From: Candidatus Latescibacterota bacterium
GTDB taxonomy: Bacteria > Latescibacterota > UBA2968 > UBA8231
DNA: 64,000 nt
Direction: 5' to 3'
Assembly: GCA_965203175.1 (NCBI GenBank)
Contig: OZ241867.1
Coordinates: 2,336,001-2,400,000 of the forward strand
Positions 30,577 through 40,239 of the stretch are shown here, one piece after another (position 1 is the first letter of the stretch; each line of letters starts with the position of its first letter). The notes under the pieces were generated by a model, which saw nothing but the letters and a program-made list of their open reading frames with translations, was not told the DNA's origin and searched no databases. A program made the translations under genes and the position numbers.

Positions 30577-31952
30577 TCGAACATGTTCCCTGGGTTTAAG
30601 ATGCCCTTGGGGTCGAAGGCGGTCTTGACCCGCTTGAGAATTTCCAGCCCCACCGGCCCGAGTTGCCCAGGCAAGTAGGGCTTTTTGGCCAAGCCGACTC
30701 CGTGCTCGCCTGTGATGGTTCCGCCCAATTCCACGGCGTGGTCAAAAACCTCGGCCATGGCCTTTTCGACGCGGGTCATTTCCTCGGCGTCGCGCTCGTC
30801 GCACAGGAAGGTGGGGTGCAGGTTGCCGTCGCCGAAGTGGCCGAAGGTTCCCACCCGCACTTGGTGCCGCTGGCCGACCTCCTGTACGTAGGCGACCATG
30901 GCGGCTAGCTCGCTGCGCGGCACGGTGACGTCTTCCAGCACGACCGTCGGTGCCAGTCGCGCCAGCGCGCTAAAGGCCGTGCGCCGGGCCGCGGCGAGTT
31001 GCTGGGCTTCTGCGTCTGAGGCGGCTAGCCGCACGGAACGGGCGCCGCCCTCGCGGGCAATGGCCTCAATCTGAGCGGCCTGCTCGGCGACCTGCGCTGG
31101 ATGCCCATCTACTTCCATCAGCAGCACGGCCTCGCAATCCGTCGGCAGGCCAATGTTGGCGTGGGCCTCCACGCACTCGATGGTAGTGCGGTCGAGGAAT
31201 TCGAGGGTGCAGGGGATGATTTTGTGCGCGATAATCGCCGAGACCGTGGCCGCTGCCTGCGTCATCTCGTCGTAGAGGCCGAGTAGGGTCTTTTTGCTCG
31301 CGGGTGCTGGGACTAGTTTCAGTGTGATCTTGGTAATGACGCCGAGCATCCCCTCGGAGCCGATGAAGAGGTCTTTGAGCGTGAGGCCGGCTACGTCTTT
31401 GACGCATTTGTTGCCGGTCTCTAAAACCTGTCCATCGGCTAGGACCACCTCCAGCCCCATCACGTAGTCGCGCGTCACGCCGTATTTTAACCCGCGCAGC
31501 CCCCCGGAATTATTGGCCACATTGCCGCCGATAGTCGAGATTTTGATAGAGCCGGGATCTGGGGGGTAAAACAGGCCGGCGGCTTGGGCCGCGTCGGCGA
31601 TCTGCTGCGTGAGAACCCCCGGCTGGACGACCATGACTAGGTTGGCCGCGTCTAGCTCTAGGATTTGGTTGAGACGGACCAAGCAAAGCGCCACCCCTCC
31701 TTGCGAGGGAACCGATCCTCCGGCCAACCCAGTGCCTGAGCCGCGCGGCACTACGGGTACTCCGCGCTGGTTGCACAGGGCCAAGAGTTGGGCGACCTCC
31801 TCCCGACTTTCCGGCAGGGCCACGCAGGCGGGTCGGTGGTGCAGTAGGGCAGTCCCGTCGAAGGCATAGACGCTGCAATCCTCGTCCGAGGTCAACAGTT
31901 GGTCTGGACGTAGGAAGGTGCCGAGATCGCTAATCAGGGCGGCGTGATCCAT
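30573..31952 (-). CDS. glcD: FAD-linked glycolate oxidase subunit
   Basis: PRGSGTGL.GG, YPPDPGS, GSEG.LG, GH.GDGNLH and GEHGVG motifs; start ATG 31952. Confidence 0.88.
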   Translation of the reverse strand: MDHAALISDLGTFLRPDQLLTSDEDCSVYAFDGTALLHHRPACVALPESREEVAQLLALCNQRGVPVVPRGSGTGLAGGSVPSQGGVALCLVRLNQILELDAANLVMVVQPGVLTQQIADAAQAAGLFYPPDPGSIKISTIGGNVANNSGGLRGLKYGVTRDYVMGLEVVLADGQVLETGNKCVKDVAGLTLKDLFIGSEGMLGVITKITLKLVPAPASKKTLLGLYDEMTQAAATVSAIIAHKIIPCTLEFLDRTTIECVEAHANIGLPTDCEAVLLMEVDGHPAQVAEQAAQIEAIAREGGARSVRLAASDAEAQQLAAARRTAFSALARLAPTVVLEDVTVPRSELAAMVAYVQEVGQRHQVRVGTFGHFGDGNLHPTFLCDERDAEEMTRVEKAMAEVFDHAVELGGTITGEHGVGLAKKPYLPGQLGPVGLEILKRVKTAFDPKGILNPGNMFD

Positions 31953-31972
31953 CGCAGGCCTAGACGCGGTAG

Positions 31973-32662
31973 CTACAATTGGTCGGACAGGTGCTCGGTG
32001 CGGTTGAGATATTTGATGACTGTGGTGCCGGGAGCGAGCGCGATGTGGGTGATGCCCGTGTTCTTGTGCGCGTAATAGGAGCCGTCGTCCATTGCTTGGT
32101 TGCCTAAGGCCGAAAGCAACAGGCTCATAAAGCCGCCGTGGGTGACGAAGCCGATGCGCGTATTCTCTCCCGCCCGCGCTCGCAAGTCTGCGGCTACGCC
32201 GACAGCGCGGCGCTGGGCCTGCTGATCCGTTTCCTTGCCCGCGTCCCACCACCCGTCTTCGCCGACTTCCGCTGACGCGACGCTGGTGGGAAAACGCGCG
32301 GCAATCTCCGCCCGCGTCAGGCCGGGATAGCCAACGACTCCCCGCTCCCCGCCGTGGTCGAGGAAAATGCCGCCCATCTCGTGGATAGCTACCCAGATCT
32401 CCGACCTATATCCCATTGCCTGTCCGATCGCTTGTGCTGTGTGTAGGGTGCGGATCATTGGACTGCAATAAAGCCGCTCGAAAAAGGGTCGATCCTCTGC
32501 GCGTTCGGACGGGGCGAGGTGCAACCCCTCTGCTAGATACGCGGCCACTTGCTCGGCCTGTGCTCGGCCGAGTTCAGTCAGTTCGGGATCGGCGACGCGC
32601 TGGCTAACATCGGTCAGCGCGTTATTGGTGGACTCTCCGTGGCGGATCAGAAATAGCTCCAT
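31973..32662 (-). CDS. Histidine phosphatase family protein
   Basis: LIRHGES, SPMIRT..TA, VTHGG and N.TEHL motifs. Confidence 0.9.
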   Translation of the reverse strand: MELFLIRHGESTNNALTDVSQRVADPELTELGRAQAEQVAAYLAEGLHLAPSERAEDRPFFERLYCSPMIRTLHTAQAIGQAMGYRSEIWVAIHEMGGIFLDHGGERGVVGYPGLTRAEIAARFPTSVASAEVGEDGWWDAGKETDQQAQRRAVGVAADLRARAGENTRIGFVTHGGFMSLLLSALGNQAMDDGSYYAHKNTGITHIALAPGTTVIKYLNRTEHLSDQL

Positions 32663-32744
32663 AGCCTCCTCATAAAGTAAGATGGTTATCGGTCAGTGCG
32701 TTGTTGGTGGACTCTCCGTGGCGGATCAGAAATAGCTCCATAGC
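32609..32744. repeat. Direct duplication of the first 18 codons of the histidine phosphatase gene
   Basis: 32609-32665 vs 32688-32744, two synonymous differences; upstream copy reads MELFLIRHGESTNNALTDNHLTL* (32670-32741, minus). Confidence 0.9.
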
Positions 32745-32810
32745 ATTCTTGACAGTAGTATGGATAGTGGTTAGTGGTTAATGACCACCTATTACCGAAC
32801 CACCAATGTT

Positions 32811-34298
32811 ATGGATATTAAAGTAATACAGGGAGCTATTCAAAAACAGGACGCGGACGTCCTCGTGGTCAACCTCTTTGCCGGAGCGCGCCCAGGCGGG
32901 GCTACGGGTGCGGTTGACCAAGCCTTAGACGGCCAAATCTCGGCGGCGATTGACTTAGGCGACTTTGAGGGCAAGGCCGGTCAGACCTTGCTGCTGTACA
33001 CGCACGATCAGATCCCAGCACCGCGCGTCCTCGTCGTTGGCTTGGGCGAGCAGGAGGGTTTTGACCTCGAAAGGGCGCGCCGCGCCGCTGGCACGGCCAT
33101 CGGTACCCTCGGCCGCTTGGGAGCCAAGAGCGCGGCTACCATCCTGCACGGCACGGGCGCGGGCAACCTGCCCGTTGAGCCGGCCGCGCAAGCTGTGGCC
33201 GAAGCCTCGCTGTTGGCGGCCTATCGCTTTGACGAGTACCGCTCGCGCCCCCGTCCGCAGGCGCTGGCTAAGCTGCACATCGTAGAATTTGACTCGACTA
33301 AGCTCAAGGAGGCGCGGCGCGGTGTTCGCCGGGGCCGCGCCCTCGCCGAGGCCACTTGCCTCGCCCGCGACTTGGTCAACCACCCCGGCGGCGAAGTGAC
33401 GCCGGCCTACTTGGCCCGCACGGCCCGCCGCCTAGCCAAAACCCACGATCTGCGCTGCCGGGTCTTTAGCGCGAAGGGCTTGGCCGAGCTAGGCATGGGC
33501 GCCCTAGTGGCCGTTGGGCAAGGCAGCGCCAACAAGCCGCGTTTTATCGTCCTTGAACACGGCCCTCGCCGAGGGAAACCGCTGGTGTTTGTCGGCAAGG
33601 GCATCACCTTTGACAGCGGCGGCCTCTCGCTCAAGACCGTCGAGGGCATCCGCACGATGAAGGCCGATATGTCCGGCGCTGCTGCCGTCTTGGGTGCGAT
33701 GCAGGCGGTGGCCGCGCTCGGCCTCAAGCGGCGGGTCGTCGGCCTGATTGCCGCGGCCGAGAACATGCCCTCCAGCACTGCCTTCCGTCCCGACGATGTG
33801 CTGCGCACCCTCGCGGGTAAGACCATTGAGATCGTCAGTACGGATGCCGAAGGCCGCCTCGTCTTGGCCGATGCCCTCGCCTACGCCACCCGCTACGAGC
33901 CGGCTGCGGTCGTCGATCTGGCAACCCTCACCGGCGCTTGTGTAACCGCGCTGGGGCACCACGCTTCGGGCCTGTTTGCCAACGACGACGACTTGGCGGA
34001 CCGGCTGCTCGCCGCCGGGGAGCAAACTGGCGAGCGGCTCTGGCGCTTGCCGCTGTGGCCCGAGTACCGCGACCAGATCGACAGCGACATCGCCGACATG
34101 AAAAACTCTGGCGGTCGGCCAGCGGGTGCCAGTACGGCTGCGGCGCTTTTGGCCGAGTTCGCCGACTACTCCTGGGCGCACCTCGACATTGCCGGCACTG
34201 CTTGGTGCACGAAGGCCAAACCTTATGTGCCGCGAGGCGGCGTCGGCATTGGCGTGCGCCTATTGACTCAACTTGCCCTCGATTGGAGTTCATCATGA
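32811..34298 (+). CDS. pepA: Leucyl aminopeptidase (M17)
   Basis: VGKGITFDSGG, MKADMSG, (S)TDAEGRL and DLATLTG motifs. Confidence 0.93.
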   Translation: MDIKVIQGAIQKQDADVLVVNLFAGARPGGATGAVDQALDGQISAAIDLGDFEGKAGQTLLLYTHDQIPAPRVLVVGLGEQEGFDLERARRAAGTAIGTLGRLGAKSAATILHGTGAGNLPVEPAAQAVAEASLLAAYRFDEYRSRPRPQALAKLHIVEFDSTKLKEARRGVRRGRALAEATCLARDLVNHPGGEVTPAYLARTARRLAKTHDLRCRVFSAKGLAELGMGALVAVGQGSANKPRFIVLEHGPRRGKPLVFVGKGITFDSGGLSLKTVEGIRTMKADMSGAAAVLGAMQAVAALGLKRRVVGLIAAAENMPSSTAFRPDDVLRTLAGKTIEIVSTDAEGRLVLADALAYATRYEPAAVVDLATLTGACVTALGHHASGLFANDDDLADRLLAAGEQTGERLWRLPLWPEYRDQIDSDIADMKNSGGRPAGASTAAALLAEFADYSWAHLDIAGTAWCTKAKPYVPRGGVGIGVRLLTQLALDWSSS

Positions 34299-35284
34299 CT
34301 ATTCGCACGATCCACGTAGGAACCGGCGGCCGCGGCCGCTGGCCCCTAAACCGCTTCCGCGACCGCACCGACTTTGAAGCTGTCGCCTTAGTCGATGTTA
34401 ATGAAGAAAACCTCGCCACGGCGCGGGAGACTACCGGCCTAGGCGAAGAGGCGTGTTTTTCTACGCCTGCCGATGCCCTGCAAGCCGTTGATGCAGACGC
34501 CGTGGTGGTCATTACGCCACCCGACCTGCACGCCGGTCAGTGCTTGGAGGCGGTCCGCGCTGGCAAGCACGTGCTGGTGGAAAAGCCCTTTACCAAAGAC
34601 CTCGGCCAAGCGCGGCAGATCGTCGCCGAGGCGAGCGAGCGCGGCCTCAAGGTCGCCGTTACTCAAAACGCCCGCTACTATCCGCCGGTCTTAACCATCC
34701 GCCGATTGCTGCAAAGTGGCGATTTGGGTCAGCCTTCCTTTGGCCTGATGACCAAATACGGCTGGCGTCCGCGCGTTCACCATTCGGGCGCGGACCAACA
34801 CGCCTACTTGTGGGAGCGCGGTATCCACGACTTCGATCAATTGCGCCACCTGCTCGACTCTGAGCCGCGACGGTTGTTCTGTCATAGTTTCAATCCGCCC
34901 TGGAGTCCGTACAGCGGCGGCGCGGCCATCGACGGCTGGATCGAGTTCCACAACGGCACTACGTTCAGTTTTCAGTGTACCTTTGCTACCCATAAAGGTG
35001 GTTCTAGCTGGCGGCTGGATTGCGAGAAGGGCACGGTCGAAGAGGTCTCCGGCGGCTTGGCGATTCGGCGGCCTGGGGCCGATGCAGACGAGATCATACC
35101 GATGGACGAAAATCCCCATCCCGAGGAAGTCCTTTTAGACGGCTTCCGCGACTACGTGCTCAACGACGTGGAGCCGCCCTTCTCCGGCCCGCGCAACCTA
35201 GCCACGGTGGGCCTGATCAACGCCTTAGGAGCCTCGTCAGAGCAAGGCGTTGTGATCGATTTCGACGAGTACATGGCCGGATAG
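34295..35284 (+). CDS. Gfo/Idh/MocA family oxidoreductase
   Basis: VGTGGRG, GKHVLVEKP and GIHDFD motifs; ATGA overlap with pepA. Confidence 0.88.
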   Translation: MTIRTIHVGTGGRGRWPLNRFRDRTDFEAVALVDVNEENLATARETTGLGEEACFSTPADALQAVDADAVVVITPPDLHAGQCLEAVRAGKHVLVEKPFTKDLGQARQIVAEASERGLKVAVTQNARYYPPVLTIRRLLQSGDLGQPSFGLMTKYGWRPRVHHSGADQHAYLWERGIHDFDQLRHLLDSEPRRLFCHSFNPPWSPYSGGAAIDGWIEFHNGTTFSFQCTFATHKGGSSWRLDCEKGTVEEVSGGLAIRRPGADADEIIPMDENPHPEEVLLDGFRDYVLNDVEPPFSGPRNLATVGLINALGASSEQGVVIDFDEYMAG

Positions 35285-35288
35285 AGCA

Positions 35289-36311
35289 ATGGACGAACAG
35301 ACCGCCCGCAGCCTACACCAAGACTCCTTAGTCATCGATTCGCACAACGACAGTATCGTCGCTCTGATCCGTCGAGGTATGTCCATAGACGGCGCACAGC
35401 GCGCTGATTTTCACCAGCGCGACGGGGCTGTCGCTTATTTGCGCCAGTACCAGCCACCGGGCGATGGCGTTCAGCTCGACTTGCCCAAGGCGCGCGAGGG
35501 CGGGCTAGACGCGGCGTTTTTCGCCGTTGATTGCACCCGTCCTTGGGGCAACCACTTGCTCTACTGCATGGATGCCTTGGGCCATTTTTTGCAGGAGGTG
35601 GAAGAGCACAGCGAGGGTATTGCCGTGGCGCGCTGTGCGGCTGACATTGAGCGCGCCCGCGCCGAAGCCCAACTAGCGGCCATACTGGCAGTGGAAAACA
35701 GCGATGCACTGGAGAAAAGCCCTCACATCCTGCCGCTGCTCTACCAGTTGGGCGTCCGCGCCATGACCCTCACCCACAGCACCCGCTCTTGGGCTGGAGA
35801 TGGCTGCGAGGTCGCAGGAGGTGGCGGCCTGACCGGCTTTGGCCGCCAGCTACTGGAGCAGATGAACGAACTAGGCGTAGTCGTCGATGTCTCCCATCTC
35901 AACGAGCCGGGCTTTTGGGACGTGGTCCAAGCGGCCCAAGCTCCTTTTATGGCCACCCATAGCTGCTGCCGCGCCCTCTGCGACCACCCGCGCAACCTCC
36001 GCGACGATCAACTGCGCGCCCTCGCCGAAAAGGGCGGGGTCGTGGCCATTACGTTTGTCCCGGACTTTATCGACGCGCACAACCCCACTTTCGACGGCCT
36101 GCTCGACCACATCGAACACGCGGTGGCCGTCGCTGGCATCGACCACGTCGGCTTGGGGTCGGATTTTGACGGCGGCGGTCTGCTGTTGGAAGACGCGACC
36201 TGCCTTCCGGACATTGCGGTGGGTTTGGCCAAACGCGGCTATGCCGAGGCCGATATTCGCAAAATCCTCGGCGCGAACCAACTGCGGTTCTTGCAACAGG
36301 TCATCGGCTGA
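35289..36311 (+). CDS. Membrane dipeptidase (M19)
   Basis: DSHND, DVSH, THS, PRN and GLGSDFDG motifs. Confidence 0.92.
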   Translation: MDEQTARSLHQDSLVIDSHNDSIVALIRRGMSIDGAQRADFHQRDGAVAYLRQYQPPGDGVQLDLPKAREGGLDAAFFAVDCTRPWGNHLLYCMDALGHFLQEVEEHSEGIAVARCAADIERARAEAQLAAILAVENSDALEKSPHILPLLYQLGVRAMTLTHSTRSWAGDGCEVAGGGGLTGFGRQLLEQMNELGVVVDVSHLNEPGFWDVVQAAQAPFMATHSCCRALCDHPRNLRDDQLRALAEKGGVVAITFVPDFIDAHNPTFDGLLDHIEHAVAVAGIDHVGLGSDFDGGGLLLEDATCLPDIAVGLAKRGYAEADIRKILGANQLRFLQQVIG

Positions 36312-37800
36312 GGCCATAGAGCGCCCCGAACTTCTCCCACAAGTAGTCGATGAAGTAATCGGCACTCAGCTTTGCGCTCGTCACCTCTTCGACCAATTCA
36401 CTCGCCGTTGCCCGCGAGCCGCGGGCGTGGATTTTCTCGTTGAGCCAAGTTTTGAGTGGCCCGAGTTCGCCTTGCGCGATCTGTGCTTCGAGGTCGGGCA
36501 AGTCCTGGTGGGCTTGGTGAAAAAACTGGGCCGCGTACAGATTTCCCAGTGTGTAGGTTGGGAAATAGCCCAGTAGGCCGCAGGACCAGTGCGTGTCTTG
36601 GAGAACGCCGAGAGCGTCGTCGGGCGGACGGATGCCCAAGTATTGCTCCATCCGCTCGTTCCACACCTCGGGCAGTTCCGCCACGGCGACCTGCCCTTCG
36701 ATCAGGTCACACTCCAGTTCAAAACGCAGCAGGATGTGGAGGTTATACGTCACCTCGTCGGCCTCGACCCGGATCAGCGAAGGCTGGACTTGATTGACTG
36801 CCGCGTAAAAGGCGTCTAGATCGACCGCGCTGAGCTGCTGGGGAAAAAGCGCTTGTAGCTTGGGCAGGTAGTGCGTCCAGAAGGCTTTGCTGCGGCCGAC
36901 CATGTTCTCCCACAGCCGCGATTGCGACTCGTGGATGCCCAGCGAGACGCTCGCGCCGGCCGGAGTGCCGATCGCGTCGGCGGGCAGGCCCTGTTCGTAC
37001 AGCCCGTGCCCGGCCTCGTGGATGGTGCCAAAAAGCGAGCCGGGCAGCCAATCGGCGCTGTAGCGCGTCGTCAGCCGCACGTCGTCGCGGGACGTGCCCG
37101 CGCAAAATGGATGCACCGCCAAGTCGAGCCGTCCGGCCTCCAGGTCAAAGCCCATGTCCGCTAACACCTGTTGTCCCAAAAGCTCCTGTTGCTCGATGGG
37201 GTATTCTTGGTCGAGTACGCCCCGCGCTGGGTACTTCCCGGTGGCGGTGATTTGTTCGACTAGTGGTACGAGTTGTTCTTTGAGCTGGGCAAAGACCGGG
37301 GCGATTTCCTCGGCTCGCGCATAAGGCTCGTACTCGTCGAGCAACGCGTTGTACATCGCGCCTTCGTACCCGACTCGCTCGGCGACTTCCTTTTTGAGCG
37401 CGACTATTTTCTCCAGCCAAGGCTGGAAGAGCGCGAAGTCCGATTTTTCTCGCGCCTCGATCCAAGCTTCGTGCCCCAAGGACTCGGTCTGGCTCAGCTC
37501 GACGACCAGCTCCTTGGGAAGCTTGAGCGACCGGCTCTGCTGGCGGTCGATTTCGCGAACGTTGACGGCTGCATCGCCTGTTAGATCGGCGTCTTTGAGG
37601 TCGGCTACGAGCGCGACCAATTTCGGTGCGGTGAGCCGCTCGTGGTACAGACCGGCCAAGGTCCCCATCGCTCTGGCCCGCATGGCCGCGCCGCGCGGCG
37701 GCATATAGGTCTCTTGGTCCCAACTCATCAGCCCCTGCGCGTGGTGTATGTCGGCCAGCTCGTGGAGGCGTTCTACAAAAGCGTCATACGTTCTGCTCAT
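36301..37800 (-). CDS. Carboxypeptidase M32 (Taq-type)
   Basis: WDQETYMP, HPF, HEAGH, HESQS, IRVEADE and GYFPTY motifs. Confidence 0.95.
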   Translation of the reverse strand: MSRTYDAFVERLHELADIHHAQGLMSWDQETYMPPRGAAMRARAMGTLAGLYHERLTAPKLVALVADLKDADLTGDAAVNVREIDRQQSRSLKLPKELVVELSQTESLGHEAWIEAREKSDFALFQPWLEKIVALKKEVAERVGYEGAMYNALLDEYEPYARAEEIAPVFAQLKEQLVPLVEQITATGKYPARGVLDQEYPIEQQELLGQQVLADMGFDLEAGRLDLAVHPFCAGTSRDDVRLTTRYSADWLPGSLFGTIHEAGHGLYEQGLPADAIGTPAGASVSLGIHESQSRLWENMVGRSKAFWTHYLPKLQALFPQQLSAVDLDAFYAAVNQVQPSLIRVEADEVTYNLHILLRFELECDLIEGQVAVAELPEVWNERMEQYLGIRPPDDALGVLQDTHWSCGLLGYFPTYTLGNLYAAQFFHQAHQDLPDLEAQIAQGELGPLKTWLNEKIHARGSRATASELVEEVTSAKLSADYFIDYLWEKFGALYGLSR

Positions 37801-37901
37801 GGCATTGCCTTTCCGTGCGTTAATTAAACGGTTGCTCGCATGTGAATTTTTGTGTGTCTTCTGTCCATCAATCTATGACCCCATCATCCGCGGAGGCTCC
37901 C

Positions 37902-39131
37902 ATGAAGATCACCCACGCTGAAGCCATTGCTCTTAATATCCCCTTTTACGCCGAGCACGTCACCCGCGCCATGCAGCGCGCCTCTACCCACGACGAGCGC
38001 GTGTGGGTTGTGCGCTTGGAGACGGATAACGGCCTAGTGGGCTGGGCCGACAACCACGGCCAGCCATCGGTCGATGGCCTCGTCGGGCAAAACCCGGCCA
38101 GCCTGATAAACCGCGACGATATTGGCTTTGGCCCGCAAGTCGCTTGCCTCGACCTAGTGGGCCAAGACAACGGCGTGCCCGTACACGAACTACTCGGCGT
38201 CAAGCTCCGCGACCGCTGCCCCATATCTTGGTGGGACATAGATATGCCGCCCCAAGACTGGGTCGCCGAGGCCGAGGAATCGCTAAGGCGCGGGTACACC
38301 ACCTTTAAGATGAAGGCCCGCCCGTGGCGCGACATTATCGCTCAAACCGATGCGGTCGCCAAGGTCGTTCCGGCCGACTACAAATTCGATGTCGATTTCA
38401 ATGGCTTCTTGCTCAACCAAGCCAAAGCTGAAATCACCCTGCAAAAGCTCGACGAAAACCCCAATGTCGGCATGTACGAAAGTCCGTTTTACCTGCACTC
38501 GGACGTGGATGGGGCGCGGATTTTGCGCGAGCGGGTGCGCAAACCCATTGTCGAGCACTACCAAGACCAATATCTGCGCAACGACTGCTGCGACGGGTTC
38601 GTCATCGGCGGCGGCGCGACCGATACCCGGCGGACGGCAACGCTCGCGGCCGCCCACAACAAGCCTTTTTGGCTCCAACTCGTCGGCGCTGGCTTGACCA
38701 CTACTTATGCGGCCCACCTCGGCTCGGTGCTCTCGCACGCCCAACTGCCCTATATCACCTGCCACGAGCTGTGGGAGGACGATCTGCTGCAAGAGCCTAT
38801 TGAGGTCCGCGACGGCTATATGCCGGTTCCAGACGCGCCCGGCTTGGGCGTCGCCGTGGATGAAGAGGCGATTGCAAAGTACCGCGTGGATTCCGCAGAG
38901 CCGACGCCCACGCAACACTACATGGCCCAAAAGCGCATTCTCCGCGTGTACTGGCCGGGTGACGGCAAAGAGCGAGAGTGGGAATTTACTGCTGAAGCCC
39001 ACTATCAGCAGGCCTTCTACGCTGGCAACATCCCCGGCTTTGAGCAAGGCGTCGATTTGGAAGTGATCGAGGACGACAATAGCGCGGCCTTCCAAAAGCG
39101 ACACGAGGCTCTGTTGGCGCAAGGGCGCTAG
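37902..39131 (+). CDS. Mandelate racemase/muconate lactonizing enzyme family protein
   Basis: FKMKARP, DVDFN, YESP and PGLG motifs; GGAGG RBS. Confidence 0.82.
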   Translation: MKITHAEAIALNIPFYAEHVTRAMQRASTHDERVWVVRLETDNGLVGWADNHGQPSVDGLVGQNPASLINRDDIGFGPQVACLDLVGQDNGVPVHELLGVKLRDRCPISWWDIDMPPQDWVAEAEESLRRGYTTFKMKARPWRDIIAQTDAVAKVVPADYKFDVDFNGFLLNQAKAEITLQKLDENPNVGMYESPFYLHSDVDGARILRERVRKPIVEHYQDQYLRNDCCDGFVIGGGATDTRRTATLAAAHNKPFWLQLVGAGLTTTYAAHLGSVLSHAQLPYITCHELWEDDLLQEPIEVRDGYMPVPDAPGLGVAVDEEAIAKYRVDSAEPTPTQHYMAQKRILRVYWPGDGKEREWEFTAEAHYQQAFYAGNIPGFEQGVDLEVIEDDNSAAFQKRHEALLAQGR

Positions 39132-40138
39132 TCGCGCTGCCGAGCGATCGCTTCGTAATCCGTCAGCGCGTAGCCGATGCCCACGTAGTCGAGCAGGTTG
39201 AGCAGCGCCCGCAGCGCGACCCCAAATCCATCGACACCGCTGAAGCCGCCGAACTGTCCGCCGCCCTTTAGGTGCGGCTCTAGGTCGAGGAACACGCCGG
39301 GGACTCCTTTCTGCTTCAACTCGTGTTCTAGGGCTGGGACGCGAGTGCGGAAGTCGCGCAATATGGCCTCGTGCGCGGAGTCGCCGCGGTCGGCGGGCAC
39401 GAAGTTTTTGAGCCGCTCCTCGTCCACGACGCCCTCCCATTGGAGAGTTGGGTCGATCTTGTAGTCCTTGATGTGCATCCAGCCAATCCCCTCGCGCATC
39501 GCGTGATACTCGGCTAGGGTTTCGACCGGGGTGAAGTTTTGGCTCGACAGATTGCCGCCGTCAAAAATCAGGCACAGGTTGGGGTGGTCCACCATCTCGT
39601 AGAGTTTCTGTAGGAGTTGCCCGTTCTGGCCGACGAGGTTGGCCTCGACCTCCAGGCCGAAAATGGCACCGCCCCGGCTGCAGACCTCGGCGATTTGCGC
39701 CAGCCGCTCGGCCGCCGGCTCTACGTAATTCGCTGGATCCTCGCCCTGGGGGTGGTAAAACGAGAACCCGCGAATCAGCCGCGTCTCGAACTCGCCGGCC
39801 AGATCCACGGCCCGCTGCACGTCCTGTTGCAAGTATTGGTCGAATGGGATGTAGGCATTGGCCGAGCCGTCTTCCACATCGAGCAGCTTGACCTTGCCAA
39901 TCGGCGAGCCGATTGAGGCCACTGCAATCCCGAATTCGCCGTGTAATTGGCGTAGCCGCGCTATCTCGGGCTGCGTTAGCTGCATCACGTTTTTGACGCC
40001 CTGTCCCACATCGACAAAGCGCAAGCTGTAGTGCGACATGCCCAGCGTTGCGAGCATGGCTAGCTGGGCTTCGGCCTTTTTGTCCTCCGGTCCCTCGTCG
40101 GCAAAGCCGCTGATGATCACCTTGGGTGTTTCGCGCAT
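39128..40138 (-). CDS. Sugar phosphate isomerase/epimerase (TIM barrel)
   Basis: ISGFADE, IGSPIGK, IRGFSFY, FDGGN, HIKD and LEPHL motifs. Confidence 0.85.
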   Translation of the reverse strand: MRETPKVIISGFADEGPEDKKAEAQLAMLATLGMSHYSLRFVDVGQGVKNVMQLTQPEIARLRQLHGEFGIAVASIGSPIGKVKLLDVEDGSANAYIPFDQYLQQDVQRAVDLAGEFETRLIRGFSFYHPQGEDPANYVEPAAERLAQIAEVCSRGGAIFGLEVEANLVGQNGQLLQKLYEMVDHPNLCLIFDGGNLSSQNFTPVETLAEYHAMREGIGWMHIKDYKIDPTLQWEGVVDEERLKNFVPADRGDSAHEAILRDFRTRVPALEHELKQKGVPGVFLDLEPHLKGGGQFGGFSGVDGFGVALRALLNLLDYVGIGYALTDYEAIARQRD

Positions 40139-40239
40139 GAGATTCTCCTAAGTGTAGAGCTTGTACAGACCTTGACAAAATTCACCTTCACTGCTGTCTT
40201 AGGGCTTCTTGCAACCCAACCCTATAGAAGAAACTAAGC

